Shown here in pieces: positions 51,562 through 64,000 of a DNA stretch of 64,000 nucleotides. The translations under genes were made by a program, and so were the position numbers. This DNA is from Octopus vulgaris (taxonomy: Eukaryota). Where the stretch lies: contig OX597821.1 in the NCBI GenBank assembly GCA_951406725.2, positions 80,290,001-80,354,000 of the forward strand, given 5' to 3'. Under the pieces are notes generated by a model, which ran no database searches, was not told the origin of the DNA, and worked only from the letters and a program-made list of their open reading frames with translations. Every line of letters begins with the position of its first letter. The first letter of the stretch is position 1.

Positions 51562-53354
51562 GCTAAAACGTAGCAAATATACGTTAGGCCAAAATTGCTA
51601 TTTCAGCAAAGAAAATGTATATACGAAATACGCAGTTGTGTAATACTGGGTCTCGTCATAACTGTAGAAAACTACAGTTAGTTTACATTGCCTAACACAT
51701 GTAGTTTGTTTTTGGCAGGTCTTATCATGCAACATTATATATACAAACAATCTTGAAATCTAAATTTCTGTTATGAAATACCTGTCTTCCTTTCTACTCC
51801 GGTGTTTAATTTTAAAATTCTCAGATTTAATCACTCTAACTCACAAGCAATAACAAACACCGTGTACATATGTGTGGTGTTGTATGTATGTGTGCATATA
51901 TGTATATGTACACAATTTCACACACACATACATACACAACCCTACACACGCATGTCCATCACTCGCACTTGCACTCATACACACATACATAAACACAAAC
52001 GTGCTGATAAATGTATTTTCACACAGAAACTCAAAGACAAACACAGATTTCCAGTCATAGACATACAGACGTCCGCCAGGTTTTCTAAATAAATACACAC
52101 CGGAGATGTTAAGCATGGCCGAATTGCCAAAATATTAGATTTTTAACATTAGCTCAAACTGCTTCATAATAGTAGCTTAAAGAGAAGAAATACAATGCGT
52201 GCTCTGTTTCAGGGGATTACACCACTGGTGGTTTGTTGTTTACGTTGTTATTGAGGTAAACAGTTTAACAGATTAGAGTTGAAATATTCAGGTGTGACCC
52301 TCTTGAGATCCTGCTCTATTATTTTTCTTTCCTTTGTGGTTTTGTTTTTAATGAAATGCAGCGTAGTGTAAAATAGGAACAAGAATTGTTGCTGTTGTAT
52401 GTGTGTATGCTTGAAATGTATGTGCGTGTATGTATGCATGTATGTATTCATGTTTCTATGTATGTATATATGTGTGTGCGTATGCATGAATGTATGTATG
52501 CATGTATATTTGTTCCCAAAGAACCGGTTTACAGAATTAGATGCAAAAGAGTTCGCATGTGTTACATAAGAGTCTTCTTTTCCTAGAGAGAGAGAGATCT
52601 AAACAAAAATCTAACGGTCTCTCACTCCCAGCTGTTGGATGCCTGTTGACTCTACTCAGTTCGTCCGCCCTTTGACAGGTTTTGATGTTCATTCTGCCGG
52701 CTGTCCAACGAAAACCAATCTCCTTCGCAAGGAAACTTAATAGTGTTGCCGGTTTCGTCGCCGACAACCCGACCATATGTAATATACGAAGCCTGGTTGT
52801 AGCCGAAAAAGGCGAACATTCAATGAAAAATTCCCCGATGGAATGAAGGCATGTCTCAGCGTGGGTGGCAAGCTTTCTTAACACCTGCTGCAAGAGGCAC
52901 CTATGGTTACTACATCTGTACAAAAAACGTGTTGGTTTTTAAAACAACTGAACAGTTACATCCGTTCAGCTCGTTTAAGAAAACAGGCGATGACATGGCA
53001 CGACATCGAACTGCAGCCATCATATTCACTTTTCTTTTCTTTTTAGAAGTTTGGTACTTATTTTATCGGCCTCATTTTCTTCCGGGGACGTGAACAAACC
53101 AACACTGGTTGTCACGTGCTACTGTGGAACAAAAGAATTACAGACACACACATAAGTGTATATATATATACGATAAACTTCTTTTTAGTTTCCGCCTATC
53201 AAATCTACTCACAAGGCTTTTAGCCCGCAAACCCCGTGTATTTGCGTGCGTGAGTACACACAGACTCAGACAGACAGACAGAGACACACGCGCGCGCGCA
53301 TATATGCATATGTATGTATACATTTGTGTCCCGCAGGCAATACGAGGCACGTAC

Positions 53355-53565
53355 AAGGCAGCGACACGGCAGAATCGTTAGCACGCCGGGAAAAATGCTT
53401 GGTGGCATATCGTCCATTTTTACTTTCTGATTTCAAATTCCACCGAGGCCGACTTTGCCTATCATCCTTTCGAGGTCGATAAAAAAAGTACTAGTTGCAC
53501 ACTGAGGTCGATGTAATCGCCATACATCCTTCGCAAATTTGCTTGCCTTGTGCTGAAATAAGAAG
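53355..53565 (+). mobile_element. SINE family B (tail 2-like); similar copies at 50535-50735 and 50900-51060
   Basis: AAGGCAGCGACACGGCAGAATCGTTAGCACGCCGGG...CATCCTTTCGAGGTCGAT. Confidence 0.8.
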
Positions 53566-54284
53566 CCAATATGAGGCACATACTTGGATAAAACGATAAT
53601 TATTGAAAACCATCAACAATTGCGACAGAAAAGCAGAATACTTCTTTTAGAAACCATAGCACCGAGTGCAGTAGCCCAGCCCAAATGAAAATGCAAAAGA
53701 AATATAAAAACACAGATCTTAACGGAACATCCAATTGCGGAATACTCCAGATGAAGGACGCATATTTTATAAACAGACGAAACCCAGTTTGAACCTCAAA
53801 GGATCATTGGTCCCGTTGAAACGCACATTTAATCCTCTCTTAAAAGTCAATGCTCCCGCATGTTCGATTCGCAGCTTCGCGATTTGAACTCAAGTCCGAT
53901 AGGTTGACTGCTAAGAAATACGGAGAGAACAAGCAACAGAACTTACAACACCAACAATATTTTCAGTCGATAGTTATTTTGTTATGTTATTGGTTACTTA
54001 TCCAATTGTTTGGTTATACATTCATCCGTTTGCTGGTTATTGTCTTCAGTCTATCGACATATTTGTCGCTCGGTTCCGCATAATTGCATCGACCTGCTAC
54101 TTAGAGAGACACAGAGAGTATGCGAGATCGAAAGATTTAACATAAATAAACTGATATATAAGAAACAACAGATAGATAGCCATAGATACATACATACATA
54201 ATACATACACACACACATATATATATAGGATGAGAAAGAGAGAGAAAGATATGTCGAGAGACAAATTTATATATATATATATAC

Positions 54285-54378
<94 letters not shown>

Positions 54379-54381
<3 letters not shown>

Positions 54382-54550
54382 AACATGAACAAAGAGAAAA
54401 CACAACAACGCGAGGACGTGGAACAAGTATAGTGTTATTGGACACTCAGGAAAGGAAAGAAAGGAGGATTTCACGTTTCGAGCGGAGCTCTTCGTCAGAA
54501 ATACAGAAAAAAGGAAAAGTCCAAGGAAGGGAAGACGGAGAAAGAAAAAG
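54379..54550 (-). mobile_element. Penelope-like terminal repeat remnant (H1 family) between (TA)n and (GATA)n
   Basis: Homologous to 9752-9950 and 12140-12330. Confidence 0.65.
54468..54502 (-). ncRNA. Minimal type I hammerhead ribozyme motif, family H1 copy 3 (intact core, GUG triplet)
   Basis: ATTT-CTGACGA-A-GAGC-TCC-GCTC-GAAA-CG-TG-AAAT. Confidence 0.7.
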
Positions 54551-54569
54551 ATTGATAGATAGAAAGATT

Positions 54570-54673
<104 letters not shown>

Positions 54674-55084
54674 TGAAGTCGATCTTTTCTAATTCATCTG
54701 CCTATCTATTGTTATTCCTCGTATTCGTCTTCGCTTCCGATGCTGAGAAAGAGGTGATGTAACGTGTTAACAGACAGAGTTTTAAGTTAAACAGTTGTCT
54801 TTAACAGGAGTAAACAAATGCATCTCCGAAAAAGTAAGATGAGACAACAAAAGTCAAGCTTAGAGTCTCTTCATTTACATCTCCTGTCTTGCTTTGTTCT
54901 CGCTGTTCTTAAGCAGTCGGTGATGGTTTCAACGTAAACCTGTCTGTCTGTCTGTCAAAATCTACTCGTTTTTATGACGAGGTCAATGAGGTTTTAAACA
55001 AAGCGAAACAGAAATCAGAATCTAAGAGAACCAAAGAGAAACAGAACCGAAGAAAAAAAGACGAGACTAATTATGTTATTTATT

Positions 55085-55890
55085 GAACGGTGGTCGTGTA
55101 TAGCTGTTGTTGTGGTTATTGTTGTTGTTGGTAGTGGTGGTGGTGGTGGTGGTGCTGGTGGTGCTGGTGGTGCTGGTGGTGCTGGTGGTGCTGGTGGTGG
55201 TGGTGATTGCGGTAGGGATGATGGTTTTGGTGGTCATAGTATGTTGTTGTTGGTGGTGGTGGTGGGAGTTATTTTTGTGTTGGTGTTGCGGTGGTGGTGG
55301 TGGTGGTGGTGGTGGTGGTGGTGGTAATGGAGGTAGTTGTATTGATGTTTTGTTTTTTGTTGCTGTTGTTCGTGGTGGTGGTAGTATCAATGGAGTTGGT
55401 GATGATGATAATGGTGATGAATGATGTGCACGTGGTACTGACAGTAGTATGGTTGTAGTTGTGGTGGTAGAATTAATGTTGTTGGTAGTGTTGGTGTTGG
55501 TGGTAGTAGATATATTAATGGTATTGGTGGTGATGATAATGGTGTTGAATGATGCGCTAGTTGTACCGAAAGTAGTGTGGTGGTGGTGGTGATGGCAGGG
55601 GCTGTGGTGATCTTGGTGGTGGTGTTGTGGTATTAAGAGGTGGTATTGGGGATAATGAGCAATGGCGGTAAATGGGATGCTGATGATACTGATAGCATTA
55701 TGATGGTGATGGTGGTGGTAGCGGTGGTCGACGTTGTGGTTGTAGTAGTGGTTGTGGTGGTGGTGGTGGTCGTCGTCGTCGTGGTCGTGGTCGTCGTGGT
55801 CGTCGTGGTGGTGGTGGTGGTGGCGGTGTGCCGTGGTGGTGGACATCGTGGTCATGAACGTGGTGAAGAGGCGTTAGTGGGTGGTGTTAT
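55085..55890. repeat. Degenerate (GGT)n-rich low-complexity tract
   Basis: Directly visible. Confidence 0.9.
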
Positions 55891-56316
55891 TGTTGAGAAG
55901 AGAGCAATGTAAATAGGTTGGAGGCCTGTTTAGATAGACTACGATGTGACATGCGTTTAAAGGTACAAAAGAGAGTTGTTCGAGATTGTAACCAGTACAT
56001 CTTCATCAACGGGTTATAGACAGCTGTATAATGTCATTGAGTTGGGAGCAACAAGAGCAAAAGCATGCTGATATAGAAGAAAGAAAGGGTGAGAGGCAAG
56101 GGATAGGGGAGAGAGAAAATTGAATAGAGAGGAAAGCGAGAGAGAGAGAGAGAGAGAGAGAGGTGTGTGAAAGGGAGAGAGAGAAACTGAGGAAAACAAA
56201 GATGTTGCAATGAAAGAAAAGGGGGAATGATTAAGAGAAAAAAACTACACGACAGTACAAAGACGAACTCATTCAGTTTTGTTGATTTATAAAGGACCCA
56301 AAGTTACTCCTATGTA

Positions 56317-56860
56317 TATACATACATACATACATACATGCATGTATGTATGTATGTATGTATGTATGTATGTATGTATGTATGTATGTATGTATGTATG
56401 TATGTATGTATGTATGTATGTATGTATGTATGTATGTATGTATGTATGTATGTATGTATGTATGTATGTATGTATGTATGTATGTATGTATGTATGTATG
56501 TATGCATGTATGTATGTTTGTATGTATGTATGTATGTATGTATGTATGTTTGTATGTATGTATGTTTGTATGTATGTATGTATGTATGTATGTATGCATG
56601 CATGTATGTATGTATGTATGTATGTATGTATGCATGCATGTATGTATGTATGTATGCATGCATGTATGTATGTATGTATGTATGTATGTATGTATGTATG
56701 TATGTGTGTATGTATGTATGTATGTATGTATGTTTGTATGTATGTATGTATGTATGTATGTATGCATGTATGTATGTATGTATGTATGCATGTATGTATG
56801 TATGTATGTATGTATGTATGTATGTATGTATGTATGTTTGTATGTATGTATGTATGTGTG
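56317..56860. repeat. (TACA)n-TGCA-(TATG)n microsatellite
   Basis: Directly visible. Confidence 0.97.
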
Positions 56861-56874
56861 TATATATTCGTGTA

Positions 56875-57315
56875 TTCTTTTATACTTTTATTCTTTTACT
56901 TGTTTCAGTCATTTGACATGTCGGAGAATCGCCTTTAGTTGAACAAATCGACCCCAGGAATATTCTTTGTAAGCTTGGTACTTATTCTATTGGTCTTTTT
57001 CGCCGAACCGCTAAGTTACGGGGACATAAACACACCAGCATTGGTTGTCAAGCAATGTTGGGGGAGCTAACACAGACACACAAACATATACACACATATA
57101 CATACGCACACATGCATACACACACACACAAACACACACACACATATACATGTATAATATATATGTATATATACGACGTGCTTCTTTCAGTTTCCGTCTA
57201 CCAAATCCACTCACAAGGCTTTGGTCACCTCGAGGCTATAGCAGAAGACACTTGCCCAAGGTACCACGCGGTGAGACTGAACCCGGAACCATATGGTTGG
57301 TAAGCAAGCTACTTA

Positions 57316-57318
<3 letters not shown>
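56875..57318 (-). mobile_element. SINE family A
   Basis: Reverse complement matches the 45940 copy, head slightly truncated. Confidence 0.9.
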
Positions 57319-57357
<39 letters not shown>

Positions 57358-57869
57358 TAGAGAAAAAACACTATTATATAATTCAAACAATGATAGATAT
57401 AAACCAAATAATGAAGAAAAAATTAATTCGTCCAATTAGAAATAAGTTGGGTCTGTGACCATTGCCTTTGGGAAATGTATAAACGGAATATGTATACGCA
57501 TGTGTTTGTATGTATATTTACGTACACCCATACATATATGTGCGCGCACGCACACACACACACACACACACACATACATACACATGCGTAAATACACCTC
57601 AGAACAAATGCAATCCATCCAATGCAATTTTGTACAATTTTCACTTTCTCATTTGAAAGCTTTCGTGAAACTATGGCAATAGATACTTGTACAGATACAC
57701 GGGGTATCGAACCCGACGTCTGTAATTCCAAAGCGGACTTTTTAACTACACCTCCATACTTTGTGAAATATAAGTTTTGCAATAAATTGATGAGTTCAAA
57801 CCATAAATGTGGAGTGATTGGTTAAAAAGCCAAACTGGCTATCTTTAATTTCTGTTTTCGTTCTAACCT

Positions 57870-58280
57870 CACCAATGGCCAAGATTACGATCACGAGTGC
57901 AAGCGGCTGAAATGGGGTTCGAGAAGTATCTCTGGAGTAAGGTTGATTTACAAGGCGGGTAGCTCAGCTATGAAGGAGTCTCTCCAGTTTGAGCCGCTAC
58001 TCCCGAATTCAGAGATCACGGCTCTGGTGCTACGGACATGTGATTAGAATGTTGCAGACAAAGATCGCAAGGCGGATTCTTCAAGCTAAGTCAATCGGCG
58101 GGAGGCCTATGAGTAGACCAAGAATAAGATGTCTTGAAGATGTTCATAGTCTTAATTGGTTAAGATTAGCAAAAGTGTAATGATGGCTGCTTCGGATAGG
58201 ATCCTATGGCGGAAGTGCCTGAGGACTCTAACCCCGCGACACTCCCAGGAATAGTGAGATCAGACAGTGGATGGGTGAAT
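57870..58280 (+). mobile_element. RTE-clade LINE 3' fragment
   Basis: RSRVQAAEMGF, then IQRSRLWCYGHVIRM...GGRPMSRPRIRCLED (compare LRWFGHVxRM..GxRPxGRPxxRWxD). Confidence 0.85.
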
Positions 58281-59259
58281 TGATAAGCTCACGTTACGAA
58301 GCTTAAAGTAACTCGTAAACTCAGCGAGTAAAATCGCCTTATAATGATTGTTTCTTTAATTACTAATTTAGCGCTAATTTTAAATAAAAGTTTGATAGAA
58401 ACAATAGCTTCAGAGTTTTGACAGCTGTCGAAACGAATTTTAACAAACGGGAGATTTCTTTATTCATGTCAACGTTAATACCTTCTCCTTCTCTGCGAAT
58501 TTCTCACACGCGTCTCTTCTCCTCCCATTGTATTTAGTCTGTTTTGCACTAAACGATCGCACAAGCTTCACCTCAGGTTTTGCAACACTTCGGAATCCCC
58601 TCCCCACACACACGCTTTTCGTAGAGGCATAGAACTACATACAATATGTTTAGGCTGAATATCGAACACATCAATGTCACCAGTCTTGGCGGCTCTGCAA
58701 AAATAACCAAGATTTCCCCTCCTCCTTCAGTTACATCTCTTCCTACTCCACTGCCTCCTTCAGTTCTATCTCCTCTTCCTAACACTCTTCACTACCACTT
58801 TTCTATCTTATAAATATGATCAGTGTATTGTAAAATAAAATTATGGATCTCTAGTTTCGGCGATGACCGTTCAGTTATTTCGTTCAACTAAACTTCATGC
58901 TTATGGAATTTACGTGTTTGAATAAGCGTATCAGTGGTTGTGTATTCCACTGGTATGTGTTCACTTAATGTAATTCTCGGGCAGAATCAACGTGCCATAG
59001 AAAAATACGACTCTGAACTGAAGTTTACGGTCGAAATGACCAGTGCGACTACTTGTTTTAACGAAGTAATCACACATTCACATTTCGTCACCAGTGTTGA
59101 CACTTTTCGGAAATAACTGCGTGGCTAGGAAGGTCACTTTACAACCACGTGCTTTCGAGTTCGAACCTGCCGCATAGCCATTGGGCCAAGTGTCTCCTGC
59201 TATAGCATGGACTGGCCAAAGAGTGAATTTTGTTGGCGGAAAAGCTGTGGAAGCCTGTC

Positions 59260-59399
<140 letters not shown>

Positions 59400-59970
59400 T
59401 GAGGGAATATTATTCCTAACTTACAGGGAAAAATTCAATTTAGAAATACTAAATCAAATTTCACAAAATATAATATATATATAAAAATTAGAAAAAACAA
59501 CCTTTTATCAATTCAAAATGAACAATTAAATTACACCATCTAGAAAATTACTTATAATAAAATATTAAGAATAAAATAATAATAGTATACCGATGATTAA
59601 GTAAATTGCAAAATAATAATAAAAACGTATATATTTGGTAGAATAACGACACGTGCGCATGGGTGTGCGTCATTGTGTGCGTGCATACATGTATGTATGT
59701 ATGTATGTATGTATGTATGTATGTATGTATGTATGTATGTATGTATGTATGTATGTATGTGTGTGTGTGTGTGTGTGTGTGCATGTGTGTGTGCGTGTGT
59801 GTGTGTGTGTGTGCATGTGTGCGTTTATTAATGCTGAAAAGGTTAAGAATTATGCTGAATGTCTCTTTGGAAACCTGGAGAATTTTATTCCGAGAGATCA
59901 ACAGTTTGCCAGATAGAGGGGAAGATGTTTTCAGTAATGAGTGGAAGTATTATCTTGACGAAATATATCA

Positions 59971-60362
59971 GGCGCAGGGGTGGCTGTGTGGTAAGTAGCT
60001 TGCTTACCAACCACATGGTTCCGGGGTCAGTCCCACTGCGTGGCACCTTGGGCAGGTGTCTTCTACTATAGCCTCGGGCTGACCAAAGCCTTGTGAGTGG
60101 ATTCGATAGACGGAAACTGAAAGAAGCCCGTCGTATATATGTATATGTATGTGTATGTGTGTCTGTGTTTGTCCCCCTAACATCGCTTGACAACCGATGT
60201 TGGTGTGTTACGTCCCCGTAACTTAGCGGTTTGACAAAAGAGACCAATAGAATAAGTACTAAGCATACAAAGAATAACTCCTGTGGTCGATTTGCTTGGC
60301 TAAAGGCGGTGCTCCAGTATGGCCGCAGTCAAATGACTGAAACAAGTAAAAAGAATAAAGAG
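59971..60362 (+). mobile_element. SINE family A, full length
   Basis: Intact head, short central microsatellite, tail. Confidence 0.92.
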
Positions 60363-60433
60363 TTAGTGCCAAACAAGCCTTTGTCTTTTTCTTTCCAAAC
60401 TAATGCGGGAGCGCGCGCTCACACTGACAGACA

Positions 60434-60486
<53 letters not shown>

Positions 60487-61771
60487 ATACACAACACACA
60501 CACGCATAAACATATGCATATATATATATATAAACATACATAGTTTACTTTTTTGGCTCATTTTGAATATGACTATGCTTTTCATACGCAAGACATGTCG
60601 ATATGCGCACACATGCGCATGTAAACATACATGTTCAGGCTCACACATACACATATGCTCACGTATGCACATACACAGGCACATACACGTACATACACAC
60701 AATCACTTATACACACACATGCATACATACATACATGCATATATATATAATACATACATGTCTATGCATGTGTGTATACGTTTGTATGTCTATATGGGTA
60801 TGCACTCAGATTTACGCCTGCATTATTTTGCAGTCGTCTCGGTACAAAATAATAATAGTTTTCAAAACGAGTTATTTTAAAGTACATAATTCACTGAATA
60901 TAAAAGTCTTGGATGCCCACACCATGCCCACATCCCCCATATATATACAAAGAGAGAAAGAGAGAGAGAAGTAGAGAGAGAGGATAGATAGCTTTACGTG
61001 CGTATATGTACATACATTTATATACACGCATACACACACATATACACACACACTCATGAACATATATACATACAATTACATGCATACATGTATGTATACT
61101 TATAAGGGTTTAGCCAATCAGCTGTAGGTCCTGCGATATTTGTAAGCTTTTCCCGAAGCCTTCAAAATATTTACTGAAAGTCATTAATAAATGAAAACAC
61201 GACGCCATTTTGTTCGTATATTTTTTTGCAATATCTTTTACATATTTATATTATTTTTATACTTTGTTGCTTTTCTTTTGTTCTTTGTTTGATAATTCAA
61301 CGCTTTCATGTTTTGTTGCTATTGTTTCTATTGATGTTGTTGTTTTTGTTGTTGCTGCTTTTGTTTCGTCTTTCTGCTGTGGTTATGGCTGAAGTTGCTA
61401 ATATGGAGTTGCTACAGCAACACCAAGTGTCGCTGTCGTTTTGTGTTGTTGTCTTTGTTGCTAATGTAGTTATCCTTGTTGTTAATGTTGTTGTTGCCAT
61501 TGTTTTTGTAGTCATTGTTGAAGAGTGACGATTGCCGCTGTCAATATAGTTATTGCGACTGCTACTGCTGCTGCTGCTGCCCCTCATGTTGTTGTTGTAC
61601 GTGCTATCGTTACTGTTGCTATTCGCACTGTCGGTCGTCATTATTGTTGGTAGCGCTGCAGTTGCGATATCTACTGCTGTTATTGTCAGTATTTCTTTAT
61701 TAGTGCTTAACTGTTTATATTGTTGATGCTGTTGAGTTGCTAACGTTGCAGTTGCTGTTTTAATGTTGCTA

Positions 61772-62097
61772 GGCGTAGGAGTGGCTGTGTGGTAAGTAGC
61801 TTGCTTACCAACCACATGGTTCCGGGTTCAGTCACACAGTGTCTTCTACTATAGTCTCGAGCCGACCAAAGCCTTGTGGGTGGATTTGGTAGACGGAAAC
61901 TGAAAGAAGCCCGTCGTAAATATGCGTATGCATGTGTGTATATGTTTGACAACCGATGCTGGTGTTCGGCAAAAGAGACCGATAGAATAAAAAAGACCGA
62001 TAGGCTTACAAAGAATAAGTCCTGGGGTCGATGTGATCGACTAAAGGCGGTGCCCCAGCATGGTCACAGTCAAATGACTGAAACAAGTAAAAGAGTA
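61772..62097 (+). mobile_element. SINE family A with small deletions
   Basis: Head and tail match the 45940 copy. Confidence 0.9.
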
Positions 62098-62563
62098 GCT
62101 GTACCAGCTATTATTGATATCGCTGGTACTAATGCTTTTATCATTATTATCGTAGCTATTTTTGTGGTCATCGTCATATATAAACGAAGGCTTTCCAATC
62201 ACAATAAATATTAGGTCTTAAAAAAAGCAGTTCGCATAGGCAAAGTCGAAGGATGCCCGCGTAAACATGACAGATGTTCTATTGGACCAAAGCAGTACTC
62301 CGAACACCTTTATCCAATTTAGAAACTTTATCTTTAGTAGCAAGAATTGTATATTATCGACGCAATAAGAATTTAGAAACTTCGAAAGAACATGAAATAA
62401 CTTTGTTTTGGAAGGGTGAAACTTAAAGCAGATAAACCTCTCCCATAGCAACCTTCGACTTTTCTTTCTAAATAGTATTATTCTTTTTAACTCAATATTT
62501 ACCAGCTGCTATTAATAGTTTTATTTGCTTTGAGTTCCACAATTCTCAAAAACGACTATCAAT

Positions 62564-63043
<480 letters not shown>

Positions 63044-63523
63044 TGGCGATATTGTTTGCGGAGTGATAATATACCAAAACGGGAAGCTGGAAATTTTTTT
63101 TGTTTCAATTATGTATCCACCATTACCCATGTTTCATTTGCTAACAGGAATTACAATATTGCACATGTAGGTTAAACATGTGACAAATCTATTGAAAAAC
63201 ATATTAAAATTCTTCAGACAGAGAATCAAATAATATATAGATAGGTATGTATATTTCTGTGTGGGTGTGTATATGTATTGCGCTTACACAAACACATATA
63301 CATGCATACCTTCACGTGTCCATAATAACGACCACGATAACAAGATATTACCTAAATATTACGTCTTAAACAAAAACCCAAACCACAAAGTTTTCAGGCC
63401 ATTTTACTGGTTGCCGTGGTTTAAGTACATCAATCAAAGACGATGTTAAACTCCTCATGCAACGACCGAGGATTCCACGGCATGCGCAATGGTATCTGAG
63501 TATGTGTGTGTGTGTGTGTATGC

Positions 63524-63563
<40 letters not shown>

Positions 63564-63855
63564 TGAGATGCTTTCAGTGCTATGTAGGCTTTTTCTGAGA
63601 TTCGTCCGAATGAGGAATGTGTAACATATATATTTATAAATGTCTCTAGTCTAGTTGGCCTTTATCACACACACACACACATACATATACATAGACAGAT
63701 ATACATACGTATTTACATATACACATATACTTCCAGGTATATCTCTGCGAACACACTTATTTCTGTCTCTCTCCATCTCCCTGTTTCTCTCTCTCTCTGC
63801 CTCGGTCTGTCTCTGTCTCTCTGTTTGCTTGTCTGTCTGTCTGTCTGTCTGTCTC

Positions 63856-63919
<64 letters not shown>

Positions 63920-64000
63920 ACACACACACACATACACGCACACACATAAACATGCATACATCCCTACTGATCTACTTCTATTTGCACTCCGCCAGATTCA

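Noticed and set aside
51559-51719. Possible MITE with weak inverted ends and central AACTGTAG/CTACAGTT hairpin
   Set aside because: End similarity too low and no clear TSD.
55076-55855. 259 aa His/Thr/Pro-rich ORF
   Set aside because: Reverse complement of a degenerate (GGT)n tract with no domain or splice evidence.

Overview
AT-rich, extremely microsatellite-rich eukaryotic DNA with no intact protein-coding gene that I can support. The SINE families and (TACA)n/(TA)n load look like an octopus (coleoid cephalopod) intron or intergenic region; that is an inference. Almost all ORF-track entries are translations of simple repeats. The real content is a transposon graveyard: four tRNA-headed SINE types in more than 25 copies with interchangeable head and tail modules, an RT-deleted L1/Tx1 LINE, an RLE-type LINE end embedded in (TACA)n, R4/Dong and RTE fragments, Tc1/mariner relics (one head-to-head), two Helitron pieces and a hAT MITE. 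The most interesting signal is a set of short (TA)n-flanked elements carrying minimal type I hammerhead ribozyme folds of at least three unrelated sequence families, as in Penelope-like retroelements. One has a compensatory G3-C8 swap of the conserved C3-G8 core pair. All folds and alignments were done by eye; nothing was computed or searched.
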